Assembly (NCBI GenBank): GCA_963845085.1
Contig: CAWJQI010000004.1
Location: 736,001 to 800,000 of the forward strand
DNA length: 64,000 nucleotides
Source of the DNA: Candidatus Fermentibacterota bacterium
GTDB taxonomy: Bacteria; Fermentibacterota; Fermentibacteria; Fermentibacterales; JCC-6
Direction of reading: 5' to 3'
Part shown: positions 37,840 through 48,783 of the stretch, piece by piece
Layout of the letters: each line of letters starts with the position of its first letter
Numbering within the stretch: position 1 is the stretch's first letter
The notes under the pieces: generated by a model
Database searches by the model: none
Told to the model about the DNA's origin: nothing
The model's input: the letters and a program-made list of their open reading frames with translations, nothing else
Translations under genes and position numbers: made by a program

Positions 37840-37894
37840 GGACACGAAAGCGGGGAGCTTCCGCCCCCCGCTTCATGCATTCAATCCCCTGAGT

Positions 37895-39647
37895 TTACCT
37901 CAGCAGACACACTGTTTCTGTAACGTCTCCAAGGGGGGACGACAGTACCAGCGTGTAGATGCCGGAAGGCAGCCTGCCGCCGGAATCGTCTGTTCCTCCC
38001 CAACTGAGACTATGGATCCTGCCTGGTACTCGCCGCTGTGGATAGTTCCCACAAGCCTGCCGGAGATGTCGAAGACCCGGAGTGACGACCAGCAGGGCGA
38101 ATCCAGTTCGAAGGAAACCATTGTGTTCGAGGCGAACGGATTGGGACGGACCGACAGCACCGGACGGTAAGAGCTTCCGGGATCGGTGACTATACCTGTC
38201 TGGGTCACCGTGAACTGGATGGTATCGCTCGCGGCAACGACACCTCCGGACCAGGAGTCGATGATCAGCTCGTTGGATCCCACCTGGGCGTAGAGGTCGT
38301 CACGATAGGTCCACTTCAGGCCCGTGCCGAAGGCGTAGAGATTGTAGTCCGTGGAGCGGCGAAGTACATCACACCGTCGGTGATGGCAGGGCTGCCTGCA
38401 AGACCCATCTGACTGGTTCCGTTTCGTAGCTCCAGATCATCCCGCCCGTTCGGCGTCGGCGGCGTTGATCAGGCCGTCGAATCAGCGCAGAAGCCTCCCC
38501 AGAAGACAAGCCCGTCCGCGACACCGGCAGACCGTGGAGCCGCTTCTGCGATGGAGGTTCGGGTTAAGGAACCAGACTCAATGGATCCGTCGGATGAATC
38601 GAGAGCGGCCAAACACCGGATTGGATGGTGGAAGTACTTCTGAGCCGCAAAAACACGGTGCCGTCATGAATACGGCGGGGTCGGCTCGACTGGGTATATC
38701 CCCCACGTTGAGACGGTGTCTCCCAGACCAGCGCATCCGTAAAGGGCGTCGAACCTGTGGATACAGGCGCTTTTCGGAAATGCTGCCGATGTAAATGATA
38801 CCGTCCACGAGGCATGGAGAAGAGTCCCAGAAGCCATCCTCGCACTCGAAGTTCAACCAGAGCATGTCTACCGGTTTCGGCATGAAGGGCGGTGAGACCG
38901 TACTGCCCGCGGTCCGAAAAGAACGGTCGTTCCATGCTGTCAGGGTGCAGACGCTGACCGAGGGGTTCCTGCGTCCTCCAGATCTCCTGGCCGGTAAGAA
39001 TGTCGAGTGCGTATACATAAGCGCATGATGCGAAGACGCGATGTCATCGTAGACAGCATGGAGGCCCGGCAAAGAATATATCAGGCCCGGAACCCCACCC
39101 GAAATCCCAGACTCTTTCGACCCGTCTGATGGCATCGAGACAGTAGAGCTGAATCAGATGCGAGGTAAATGCGTACCCGTTCTGGACATGCAGTCCCGAT
39201 CGTCAGAATCCAGGGTCTGATAGGCCCTCAAAATGCCAGATCTCTTCTCCTGTCGCGGCATCGAGGGCATGTAGATCCTATCCCTATATTCCGACGAATA
39301 GAAGTACCACGCCGTCGACTACGATACGGATGTGGCAAATTCGTGATGCGCTCCGGTGACGGGCGCTGTCCAGAGCATCACCGTTTGTCAGTGCGGCGCG
39401 GAGATTCGGAGAACCCGGTACGAGCATTGTTCTGCCATGTAGGTGTGACCAGTCGGTGACGAGCCGTGGAACCGGCAGCGAACGGTTCTCCGTTCAGGGA
39501 GAAGACCACCGAATCCGGCAGAGCATTCTCGTTCTCGACGATTGCCCTGAGGGTCAGCCAGTCGCCGTCGTAAACGCCTCCGTCGGCCGGCTCGATGATG
39601 GAAACGCTTACCGCCGATAGAATGCCGAGCAGAAGACAAACCGCCAT
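37895..39647 (-). pseudogene. PQQ-like beta-propeller/T9SS-CTD gene copy 1, many frameshifts (pseudogene or consensus error)
   Basis: N- and C-terminal fragments match copy 2; WDSSP..VDG.IYIGS fragment in the middle. Confidence 0.75.
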
Positions 39648-39775
39648 GAATGCCTCCTTAGTGCTACAATGTGTCCGTGAGAATAAAGTGGAGGCAGCCG
39701 CGAGTCAACGCCTCGGAAAACTCAATGAAAGCGGGAGGCTTCCGCCCCCCGCTTCATGCATTCAATCCCCTGCGT

Positions 39776-41462
39776 TTACCTCAGCAGACACACTGTTTCT
39801 GTAACGTCTCCCAGGGGGGACGACAGTACCAGCGTGTAGATGCCGGAAGGCAGCCTGCCGCCGGAATCGTCTGTTCCTCCCCAACTGAGACTATGGGATC
39901 CCGCCTGGTACTCGCCGCTTTGGATAGTTCCCACAAGCCTGCCGGAGATGTCGAAGACCCGGAGTGACGACCAGCAGGGCGAATCCAGTTCGAAGGAAAC
40001 CATTGTGTTCGAGGCGAACGGATTGGGACGGACCGACAGCACCGGACGGTAAGAGCTTCCGGGATCGGTGACTATTCCGGTCTGGGTCACCGTGAACTGG
40101 ATGGTGTCGCTTGCGGCCACGACACCGCCGGACCAGGAGTCGATGATCAGCTCGTTGCTCGCCGACCTGGGCATAGAGATCGTCACGATAGGTCCACTTC
40201 AGGCCCGTGCCGAAGGCGTAGAGGTTGCCGTCGGTGGAGCCGAAGTACATGACGCCGTCGGTGACAGAAGGTGTGCCCTGAAGACCCCACTCTCCAGGAT
40301 TCGGGTGATACTCCCAGATTATGTTGCCTGTTGCTGCATCCGCTGCGCAGATGTTGTCGTAGGGAGCGTGGCACCCTCCCCAGAATGCCACACCGTCGGC
40401 TATCGCCACCGAACCATGAAGACTGCCGGGAATGGACCATTGGATCGACCCGTCCGAGCAGGCAAGCGCAGCGACACAGCCGTCCGACGATCCGAAGCCG
40501 ATGTTCCCGCACAGCACCATATCACCAAAGACGGCGGGGGTGGGTTCAGTGGAAACGGTACCCAGCTGGGTCTCCCACTCCAGATCTCCCGTCAGTGCAT
40601 CGAACCTGTGAACCGCGCCGTCATACCCTCCGATGTAGATCTTCCCGTCAAGCAGCGTTGGAGAGGTGTCCCAGTAGCCACCCTCGGTTGCGGAGTTTGC
40701 CCAGAGGACCTCACCGGTGAGTGCGTCAAGAGCGCACAGGGGACCCATGTATGTTCCGACGAAGAACATCCCGTTCCAGCCCGCAATGCAGTTCCCGATG
40801 GCACCCTCGATCTCGCTGCTCCATGCAACAGCGCCGCTTTCCCTTATCAGGCCGAACACAGTCGTCTTGTTGGTCTGGTAGCTTCCGGTGGCGCAGGCCA
40901 CGATCCCATTCATGACACATGGTGTTCCACCTTCAAGGTCAGCGCCGTAAAAAGCCCACTGCCTCTCTCCGGTCAGCGCATCGATGCAGTAGATGGAGTC
41001 AGACGCAACGTACAGCATGCCTTCATGGCAGGCGGGAGCATCATCATGCTCTCCAATTTCGAAGCTCCAGTTCTCGGCGCCGGTCGCCGCATCGAGTGAG
41101 AAGACCTTTTCGATGCCCACGTGGTAAACGTTGCCGTCAACCACGACCGGGTTCTCGAACACATGAAGACTGTCGCATACGGGGGCGGTCCAGAGTATCT
41201 CACTGGTCATCGGGGCGGGAGATAGTGAGAAGCCCTGATGCAGATTGTTCTGCATGTAGGTTGGCCAGTCCGTACTGAGCCTTGGCACCGGCAGGAACGG
41301 TTCTCCGTTCAGGGAGAAGACCACTGAATCCGGCAGAGAGTTCTCGTTCTCGACAATTGTTTTCAACGTGAGCCAGTCGCCGTCGTAAACGCCTCCGTCG
41401 GCGGGCTCGACGATGGAAACGCTTACCGCCGATAGTATGCCGAGCAGAAGACAAACCTCCAT
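39776..41462 (-). CDS. PQQ-binding-like beta-propeller protein with T9SS/FlgD CTD, one frameshift near 40161
   Basis: DWPTY..N, repeated LDA.TG...W, YFGSTDGNLYAF; CTD RPNPF...VFDISGRLV...SGIY in the shifted frame. Confidence 0.8.
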
Positions 41463-41748
41463 GAATGCCTCCATAGCGCTACAATGTGTCCGTGAGAATA
41501 AAGTGGAGGCAGCCGCGAGTCAACGCCTCGGAAAACTCAGTGAAAGCGGGGGGCTTCAGCAGGCCTGCCGGCCTCCACTCCGGTGGTCAGGCTTTAACCG
41601 AATGGCTTTTGCCTCCGGAACCTGCCGTACGAGACGGACATCTTCCTCCCGAAATCCGGAGTAGTTAGATTCAAATGCAGGTTATCACGCACGGCCATCA
41701 TCATTCGCCTGCCCGTGTCTCGCTGCAGGATTCGGGGGTTTCGACGTT

Positions 41749-43329
41749 TTGAAGGAAACCGGCTCCGCAACATTTCGGGCTGACCACCGGCTTTCCGGCG
41801 CTTCCTGGTTCGCGCTGTTTGCCTGCGCTGTTCTTCTTGTAACGGCCGTTCTATTCTCCGGCATCAAGTTGAACAACGACGCAGCCCTGCTCCTTCAGTG
41901 CGGAAGGCTCATTGTCGGGGGAAGCGTTCCATACATCGACCATGTTGAAACGAACCTTCACATGGCCCAGTACATCCATGTTCCTCCGGTGGTTCTCGCG
42001 AACCTCCTGGGAGTGAACGCATACTGGACATTCATCCCCGGCGTTCTTGCGATCGTTCTTGCTGTCACCTGGATGGCAGCCCTCCTGCTGCGCGGCTGGA
42101 GCCGGCATTTCGATCCTCCGGGAGCTGTTTTCGTGGCAACCGCGGTCCTTCTGATATCGCTCAAGACCTTCATGAACGGTGACTTTGGCCAGCGGGAGCA
42201 CCTTTTCCTTCTTGCGCTCACGCCCTACCTGCTTGTACGTCTCGGAAGGCTTCAGGGTGTGCGGATCCGTCTCTTTTCCGCCCTCGCGGCCGGTGTGTTC
42301 ATGGGTGTGCTTTCGATGTGCAAACCTGTTTTTCTATACCAGGCAGCCCTGATCGAGGGCTGGCTCTGGCTCCGGTTCAGAAGGGCCGGGTATGGGAAGG
42401 CCCCCGAACTGCTTGCGCTCGTTTTGGTCGTGTTTCTCTCTGCAGCCCACCTTCTGCTGCTTCCCGGATCCCTTGGTTCGCCTTTCTTCACGCGCTGGAT
42501 ACCCTTTATCACCGGGGGTTACAGCGCATACAATGCCCCCCTCCCCGCCATGATCCGGGGAAACCTGCGGCAATGGCCGTTCATTCTTGGCGGGCTGGGC
42601 CTTGGAGTGCTGGCTGTACGCCGGGCTGACGGCACCTTCCGCAAAGTCATTGAAACGATGATCTTCGGGGTTCTTTCCGCGCTCGCACTGTTCTTCCTGC
42701 AGCACAAGGGATGGCTGTACCAGCTGCTGCCCGCTTACGGGCTTTCCATCCTTCTCGGGTGCATGTCGCTTTCGCACCTTCAGAGAATCAGGGGCAATCG
42801 GTTTACGGCCTGGGCCTTGCCGGCATCATGCGTTCTTGTTTCTGTTGTTTTTGCAGTCAATTCCTTTTTGCGCGCTCCGGAACGCTACGGAAGCATGGAT
42901 GGTTTTCTTTCGATAATTGAAAACCGGTCGCAACCGGGCGACCGGATAGCCTTCATTTCCACCTGCGTTTACCCCGCGTATCCCACCCTCGTCTATGCGG
43001 ACAGGCTGCCCGGCACGCGCTATCTGTCAGCCTTTCCCGTGGCTCTTCTTTACGGGCGCGCCGTTCCCGATGATTTGTCACCGTATCATTACAGCCTGCC
43101 TGAGGCGCTGAAACCCCTGGACACGCTCTTCCTCAGCGAGATAGGCCACGACATAAGGCTGTACAGGCCGGCTCTTGTATTCATCGAGGCATCGGACAGC
43201 TGCCAGGGGTGTCCCCCGGGGTTCAGGATGGATGAATACCTTGACGGGTCGGGTTGGACTCGGGAGTACCTGGCGGATTACCGCTTTCTCCGCATCACAC
43301 ACGATTTCAGGGTGTATCAGCTGGATTGA
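41749..43329 (+). CDS. Multi-pass membrane protein, GT-C glycosyltransferase-like
   Basis: N.D...L...G..PY.D..E.N; FGQREH; Q.KGW.Y; ~10 TM segments. Confidence 0.55.
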   Translation: MKETGSATFRADHRLSGASWFALFACAVLLVTAVLFSGIKLNNDAALLLQCGRLIVGGSVPYIDHVETNLHMAQYIHVPPVVLANLLGVNAYWTFIPGVLAIVLAVTWMAALLLRGWSRHFDPPGAVFVATAVLLISLKTFMNGDFGQREHLFLLALTPYLLVRLGRLQGVRIRLFSALAAGVFMGVLSMCKPVFLYQAALIEGWLWLRFRRAGYGKAPELLALVLVVFLSAAHLLLLPGSLGSPFFTRWIPFITGGYSAYNAPLPAMIRGNLRQWPFILGGLGLGVLAVRRADGTFRKVIETMIFGVLSALALFFLQHKGWLYQLLPAYGLSILLGCMSLSHLQRIRGNRFTAWALPASCVLVSVVFAVNSFLRAPERYGSMDGFLSIIENRSQPGDRIAFISTCVYPAYPTLVYADRLPGTRYLSAFPVALLYGRAVPDDLSPYHYSLPEALKPLDTLFLSEIGHDIRLYRPALVFIEASDSCQGCPPGFRMDEYLDGSGWTREYLADYRFLRITHDFRVYQLD

Positions 43330-43354
43330 TCCGCTGAAAGCGTTGGAAGGGTTT

Positions 43355-43376
43355 CGGGGGGACTTTCATCCCCCCG
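43355..43376. terminator. Hairpin between convergent genes
   Basis: CGGGGGG-ACTTTCAT-CCCCCCG. Confidence 0.5.
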
Positions 43377-43385
43377 ATCATGAAG

Positions 43386-44921
43386 CTACCGGGCTACCAC
43401 CATCCGTGTGCTGCGGGATGCTCCGCCTGAAGCCACCCTGACGGTATAGAGACCTGATGGAAGGGTGGAAACATCCACCACAGCGGTATTCTCACCGGAT
43501 GCAAGCTCAATCGTCTCACTGCGCACTGTTCTTCCCGAGATGTCGAACACCTGGAGTCGCGCCTGCGCAGGCGACTGGGTTTGAATCCTGACGGAGGCGG
43601 CAGTTGACACTGGGTTGGGGAAGACGAGGAGCCCGGTCTGCGAGAACACGGGAGAGCTTTCATCCCCGTTGATGCCGGTTTCAATCGGGCCGGCAAGGTA
43701 GGCCACTGCAGCTATGCATGCCTGGGCCATCCGGGTTCCGAAGGGGAAGTACTGCATGTAGTTGGCCATCAGGTCAGTTGTCTGGTGGTAGTAGGGGTTC
43801 TCGTAGACGCCCCGTTCGATGTTCAACATGGCGGCATAACCGTTGTACCAGAAACTGGCGTGATCACTGGCGCTGACCGGGGTTGGATCAACCTCGAGTA
43901 CCAGTGCCGGCACGTAGGTGTCGCTTATGGCCTGGAAGGCAACACCAAGAGCGGTTGATGCCGTGTTGTAGTGAAGCCATCCGATGTCGTTCCCCACGGG
44001 GCCGTAGAAGATCATGTCCATGTTGACAACACCGACGATGTCGTCGCCGGCTGCGGCCGCATTGGAAGCGTAGTACTCGCTTCCGTAGAGCCCCTGCTCC
44101 TCGCCGCCGAACAGGATGTACTTGACCGTGTACTCGAACTGGTACTGGCTCATGAGCCTTGCGGCCTCGATCACTGCTGCTGAACCGCTTGCGTTGTCGT
44201 CAGCCCCGGGAGCGTTGTAGGAGGGGTTGGGAGACGTGCTGTCGAGATGGCCGCAGATCACCCAGTAGCTTTCGGGGTAGAGCGTGCCGGTCTGGGTGGC
44301 AACGACGTTCTGGCAGTTGTAGCCGCTCATGGGGAAGGACTGGATCTCGACATCGAGCCCCATGCCCTCGAACCTGTCCTGGCTCCAGGAGCAGGCCGTG
44401 TCGAAGCCGTCGGAGTTCGAATGTCTGGTGAGGTAGTTCTGGTAATTCGTTGTGTAGGAAATGAGAGAATCCTGGTTGACCGCGGCGACGATGTCTGCCA
44501 CGATGGCGTCATATCCTTCCCTCATCGGGATGGGGATCGGGTGGGCGGGAGACCTGTTCTCCCGGAGGGGCTGGACATGATGGATTCCGGGGCGGACGAA
44601 CGGATCGGGCACAGGCCTGCCAAGGCGCACGATCAGGCTCCGGCCGTCGCGGTACACCGTCTCGCCGATTTCGGCGACATCTTCAAGGCCGCCATCGTTC
44701 CGTATCGTTACAAGTGCGTAGTCATCAAGACCCGGTGCGCCGGTATCGAGCATTCTTGCGTTCGATGTAGCTGAACCGAAAGCCACAACGTGGTCTGAGG
44801 CCCGGTAGACGATCATGAACCCGTCGGCGGCTTCCGCCTCAGGGTCGGGAATGATGAAGAGCCCTGCGCCGGCCGCCTGGGCAGCGAACAGGAGAACTGT
44901 GAGAACCGCAATCTTTTTCAT
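43386..44921 (-). CDS. M28 aminopeptidase with T9SS CTD
   Basis: GHLDS, GADDNASG, GEEQGL.GS, NMDMI, SDHASF, YH...D. Confidence 0.9.
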   Translation of the reverse strand: MKKIAVLTVLLFAAQAAGAGLFIIPDPEAEAADGFMIVYRASDHVVAFGSATSNARMLDTGAPGLDDYALVTIRNDGGLEDVAEIGETVYRDGRSLIVRLGRPVPDPFVRPGIHHVQPLRENRSPAHPIPIPMREGYDAIVADIVAAVNQDSLISYTTNYQNYLTRHSNSDGFDTACSWSQDRFEGMGLDVEIQSFPMSGYNCQNVVATQTGTLYPESYWVICGHLDSTSPNPSYNAPGADDNASGSAAVIEAARLMSQYQFEYTVKYILFGGEEQGLYGSEYYASNAAAAGDDIVGVVNMDMIFYGPVGNDIGWLHYNTASTALGVAFQAISDTYVPALVLEVDPTPVSASDHASFWYNGYAAMLNIERGVYENPYYHQTTDLMANYMQYFPFGTRMAQACIAAVAYLAGPIETGINGDESSPVFSQTGLLVFPNPVSTAASVRIQTQSPAQARLQVFDISGRTVRSETIELASGENTAVVDVSTLPSGLYTVRVASGGASRSTRMVVAR

Positions 44922-44967
44922 GGATCACCTTTCGGAAGTGCTCAAAAAATCTCTGACTGAATATGCT

Positions 44968-45753
44968 CTACTCCACCGCGGGGATACAGTTCCCCGAGAG
45001 GTGATGAAGGATGATCGATGCACAGACGCCGGCGTTGAGGGAATCAACCCCGCCGGCCATTGGTATCGCCACGAGCCCGGAAAGGCAGGACCGCACACGG
45101 GGTGACAGGCCGTGGGCTTCAGATCCCACAACCATGCATACAGGCCTCCCGGGTGCGAAGCGCTCAAGCGGTGTACCGCCGGAATCGGCTCCCGCGAACA
45201 GGTAGCCGGGGAACCTCTGCACCAGATCCTCAAGTGAGTCTTCGGTTATCACGGGCAGAGTCATGTTGGTTCCGGCTGCGGCCCTCGTGGTCTTGGGGCT
45301 GTAGGGAAAGGCGCTGCCCGGAAGGAAGACCGCTCCGGAGCAGCCAAAAGCCAGAGCGGAGCGGATGATCGTGCCCGCGTTGCCGGGATCGGAAACTCCG
45401 TCCAGGGCGACCACCGTGCTTCCCTTGAAAACATCGTCCCCACTCCAGGAGGGCAGGGGAAAAACGGCCGCGATACCCTGGGGCGTACTTGTGGATGATA
45501 CCCGCGCGAAGACACGGGGCGCGAGCTCGATCACCTCAAAACCGGCAGCGCGGGCCTTTCCGGCTGCTGAAACGGCTTCATCGGTCGCATCCGTGCTGAT
45601 CAGCACGAACATGGGTCTAATCCTGCCGGCGCAGTCCAGAAAACGGGGTCCTTCGACAAGAAAGGCCCCGTGTTCAAGACAACCGGACGGTCGGTGAAGG
45701 GAGGCCGCCAGTTTGACTCTTCTGTTGGCGGTGCTTGTCACTGCAGGGGTCAA
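44968..45753 (-). CDS. TrmH/SpoU RNA methyltransferase
   Basis: DPGNAGTIIRS, GSEAHGL, IPM.GGVDSLNA. Confidence 0.9.
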   Translation of the reverse strand: MTPAVTSTANRRVKLAASLHRPSGCLEHGAFLVEGPRFLDCAGRIRPMFVLISTDATDEAVSAAGKARAAGFEVIELAPRVFARVSSTSTPQGIAAVFPLPSWSGDDVFKGSTVVALDGVSDPGNAGTIIRSALAFGCSGAVFLPGSAFPYSPKTTRAAAGTNMTLPVITEDSLEDLVQRFPGYLFAGADSGGTPLERFAPGRPVCMVVGSEAHGLSPRVRSCLSGLVAIPMAGGVDSLNAGVCASIILHHLSGNCIPAVE

Positions 45754-46733
45754 TCGGCCCCTTCCGGTACCCCGTGCTCGAGAATCGAACGGATGATGTC
45801 CTCGATCGAGGCACAGGGAGAGAAACCCACAAGGCTTTGAAGAAGTGTCACGTCGGGAACACGGCGCTGCATGTCCTCGAAATCGCCGGGGTATGCCTCG
45901 TCGTAGGGGGTCAGTTCGATCGGGGAATCGGATCCCGTGATCTCGAGCACCCTTCGTGCGAGTTCAAGGATGGTGATCTCCTGCACCGAGCCGATGTTGA
46001 TCACCCTTCCCACGGCTTCGGGCTTGTCCATGAGGGCAAGAATGCAGTTGATGACCTCCTGGACCGAGCTGAAACACCGTGTCTGCGTGCCGTTGCCGAA
46101 TACGGTCAGGGGTCTGCCCGTGAGGGCCTGGTTGATGAAGCGCGGAAGAACCATGCCGTACCTGCCGGACTGTCTTGGGCCCACGGTGTTGAACAGCCTT
46201 CCGACAACCACCGGCAACCCCCTTGCCTTGTGGTGCGCCAGTGCGAGGAACTCGTCGAGAGCCTTGCTGCATGCGTAGCTCCAGCGGCTGCGGCTTGTGG
46301 CTCCGAGCACTATGTCGCCGTCCTCCTTGAAGGGGGTCTCCCAGCTCTTGCCGTAGACTTCGCTGGTCGAGGCAACGAAGACCTTGAGCCCGTGCAGGGC
46401 GGATGCCGTGAGCACGTTCTCGGTTCCTCCGATGTTGATCTCTATGGTTTCAACCGGGCGGCGGATGATGTTCTCAACCCCCACGGCGGCAGCGAGATGG
46501 ATTACGGCGTTGCAGCAGCCGGCAAGCCTTCTGACCGCTTCGATGTCGAGCACTGAACCGCGCTCGAAGCCGAAGAGCCCGCTGCCGTCGAACTGGGCGA
46601 TGTTCGACATCCGACCCGTTGAAAGGTCGTCGAGGACCATGACGCTCTGTCCACGGGAGATCAGCGCGGAGCACATGTGCGATCCGATGAAGCCTGCGCC
46701 CCCGGTCACCAGGAAGTCGTAATGCGGCGGCAC
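45750..46733 (-). CDS. NAD-dependent nucleotide-sugar epimerase/dehydratase
   Basis: TGGAGFIGS, STSEVYG, YACSK, RLFNTVGPRQ. Confidence 0.9.
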   Translation of the reverse strand: MPPHYDFLVTGGAGFIGSHMCSALISRGQSVMVLDDLSTGRMSNIAQFDGSGLFGFERGSVLDIEAVRRLAGCCNAVIHLAAAVGVENIIRRPVETIEINIGGTENVLTASALHGLKVFVASTSEVYGKSWETPFKEDGDIVLGATSRSRWSYACSKALDEFLALAHHKARGLPVVVGRLFNTVGPRQSGRYGMVLPRFINQALTGRPLTVFGNGTQTRCFSSVQEVINCILALMDKPEAVGRVINIGSVQEITILELARRVLEITGSDSPIELTPYDEAYPGDFEDMQRRVPDVTLLQSLVGFSPCASIEDIIRSILEHGVPEGAD

Positions 46734-47938
46734 TACTTGGCCACCACGCTGAGAAGAACACCCGCTGCAATGGCGCTTCCGATAACTCCGGCAACGTTTG
46801 GCGCCATCGCATGCATGAGAAGATGGTTCTTGGGATCGCTCTTCCTGCCCTCAATCTCCGCAACCCTCGCGGAGTCGGGCACGGCTGAAACGCCCGCAGC
46901 GCCGATGAGCGGGTTGATCTTGTTGTCGCCCTTAAGAAAGAGGTTCATGAACTTCGCAAAGAGCACGCCCCCGGCTGTGGCAATGGCAAAACTGAAAGCT
47001 CCAAGAGCAAATATCTTGATGCTGTCGAACGTGAGGAAATACCGTGCCTGCGTGCTCGTGCCCACGCTGAAGCCGAGGATGATCACCACGATGTTGTTGA
47101 GGGCGCCCTGCGCGCTGTCGGCGAGGCGTCTTGTGACCCCGCTCTCCTTGAGAAGGTTGCCGAAGAACAGCATGCCCAGGAGGGTGATGGCGCCCGGCGC
47201 GATGAACGCAGTGACGATGAAGGCAACTATGGGGAAGAGGATCTTCTCGGTCTGGCTGACCACCCTGGCGGGCTTCATCCTGATAAGGCGCTCTTCGCGA
47301 GTCGTAAGGAGGCGCATGATGGGCGGCTGGATTACCGGAACAAGGCCCATGTACGAGTAGGCAGCGATGGCAATCGCCCCGAGAAGGCCCGGTGCAAGCT
47401 GGCTGGCCAGGAAGATCGCCGTCGGGCCGTCGGCTCCGCCGATGATGCCTATCGAGGCGGCCTGCCGGAGGTCGAATCCCAGGAACAACGATCCGATGAG
47501 CGTGACAAAAATTCCGAGCTGGGCGGCTGCGCCGAGAAGGAGCAGCTTCGGGTTTGACAAAAGGGCGCTGAAATCGGTCATGGCGCCTATGCCGAGAAAG
47601 ATCAGAGGGGGGAAGAGACCGCTGCTCACGCCGAAGTAGAACATCCTGAAAACGGACTGCTGACTGCCGAGAACATCGAGGTAGCCGATGGGCATGAGGT
47701 CGGGATTGTAGGGCATGTTCCCCGCCAGTATCCCGAAGCCGATCGGGACGAGAAGAAGGGGTTCATAATCCTTTTTTATGGCAACGTAGATCATTGCAAG
47801 CCCGATGATGATCATTACGATGTTTCCCGGCTCAAGGAGAAGAAAGCCCGTATTCTCGAGGTAACTGAGCAGATCGAGGTCGCCGACGCCAGCCTGCGCA
47901 CCCGTCAGATAAAGGAGCAGCCTGGAGAGAGAGGACAT
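46733..47938 (-). CDS. mmdB: Na+-translocating decarboxylase beta subunit
   Basis: EPLLLVPIGFG, IGIIGGADGPT, HAMAPNVAGVIGS. Confidence 0.92.
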   Translation of the reverse strand: MSSLSRLLLYLTGAQAGVGDLDLLSYLENTGFLLLEPGNIVMIIIGLAMIYVAIKKDYEPLLLVPIGFGILAGNMPYNPDLMPIGYLDVLGSQQSVFRMFYFGVSSGLFPPLIFLGIGAMTDFSALLSNPKLLLLGAAAQLGIFVTLIGSLFLGFDLRQAASIGIIGGADGPTAIFLASQLAPGLLGAIAIAAYSYMGLVPVIQPPIMRLLTTREERLIRMKPARVVSQTEKILFPIVAFIVTAFIAPGAITLLGMLFFGNLLKESGVTRRLADSAQGALNNIVVIILGFSVGTSTQARYFLTFDSIKIFALGAFSFAIATAGGVLFAKFMNLFLKGDNKINPLIGAAGVSAVPDSARVAEIEGRKSDPKNHLLMHAMAPNVAGVIGSAIAAGVLLSVVAK

Positions 47939-47941
47939 TGC

Positions 47942-48385
47942 TCAGCCCCCAATGCTCATGATGATGGCGTTCTCAAGAACCGTGTCACCCTCGTGAACCG
48001 TGATCCTTGTTACCACGCCCGCATGAGGTGATTCGATCTCGTTCTCCATCTTCATGGCTTCCATGATGGCCACGATCTGGCCTTTTTCAACCTTGTCCCC
48101 CTGTTTGACCATTATCTTGAGCATGTTGCCCGGCAGCGGGGAGAGGATGTCACCCTTGCTCTGGTGTTCACCCGGAGCAAAGGTTCTGTCGGGTGAGGCG
48201 GAAGCGTCGTGAACCCTCTTCTCCCTGACGATGGTGGGGGTTTTGGCGGGTTTTCTGGCGGACGATTCGACTGTGGCGGTGAACGTTCTGTCCCCGAGCC
48301 TGACCTCGATCTGGTCGTCCTCAAGCCGCCCGATACCCACGGTATAGGTATTCCCTCCAATGGTAACGGTGTATTCTGGCATCAC
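47942..48385 (-). CDS. mmdC: Biotin carboxyl carrier subunit
   Basis: EAMKMENEI. Confidence 0.9.
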   Translation of the reverse strand: MMPEYTVTIGGNTYTVGIGRLEDDQIEVRLGDRTFTATVESSARKPAKTPTIVREKRVHDASASPDRTFAPGEHQSKGDILSPLPGNMLKIMVKQGDKVEKGQIVAIMEAMKMENEIESPHAGVVTRITVHEGDTVLENAIIMSIGG

Positions 48386-48783
48386 GATCTCCTGTCCCTG
48401 AGCCTGATGCCGGTTCTGGCGAGCAACATCTTCGCCCTACCGGCAAGCCTCCAGGGTGAGTAAGGTTTTTCATGGTCCTGCCACGTCATCTTTCTTTCAT
48501 GCTCCCTGTCCAGGTGCACGAAATGGGCATGAACGGCGGAAGTGATCGCCGCGACCTCTTCAGGGGTAAGGCAGGAAGCGGCGGGGGCCTCACCCTTCCT
48601 GACAACGGGCGCCGTTTTCTTTGGCTCCACAAGGCGTCGAAGCACGGGGAGCAGGAGGGCCAGAACCAGCAGCCCCGCGAAAACCGCTGCGAGCCCGAGC
48701 CAGGTGATCTGCACTCCGATGCTGATCAGGTTTGAATCCACCGGTGCGGAAACCAGGGTGTCTGCCATCGTCGAAGAGATCAT
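48382..48783 (-). CDS. mmdD: OadG/MmdD-like decarboxylase subunit
   Basis: Single [21 protein letters not shown]. Confidence 0.75.
   Translation of the reverse strand: MISSTMADTLVSAPVDSNLISIGVQITWLGLAAVFAGLLVLALLLPVLRRLVEPKKTAPVVRKGEAPAASCLTPEEVAAITSAVHAHFVHLDREHERKMTWQDHEKPYSPWRLAGRAKMLLARTGIRLRDRRS

Larger units (their letters stand above)
37846..41557. repeat. Tandem duplication, two ~1.8-1.9 kb units
   Basis: Junction GAAAGCGGG..GCTTC at 37846, 39727 and 41542; near-identical gene ends and upstream regions (39646-39724 vs 41461-41539). Confidence 0.9.

Noticed and set aside
37846..41557. Diversity-generating retroelement TR/VR pair
   Set aside because: No reverse transcriptase in the window; whole-gene duplication; differences are not adenine-specific
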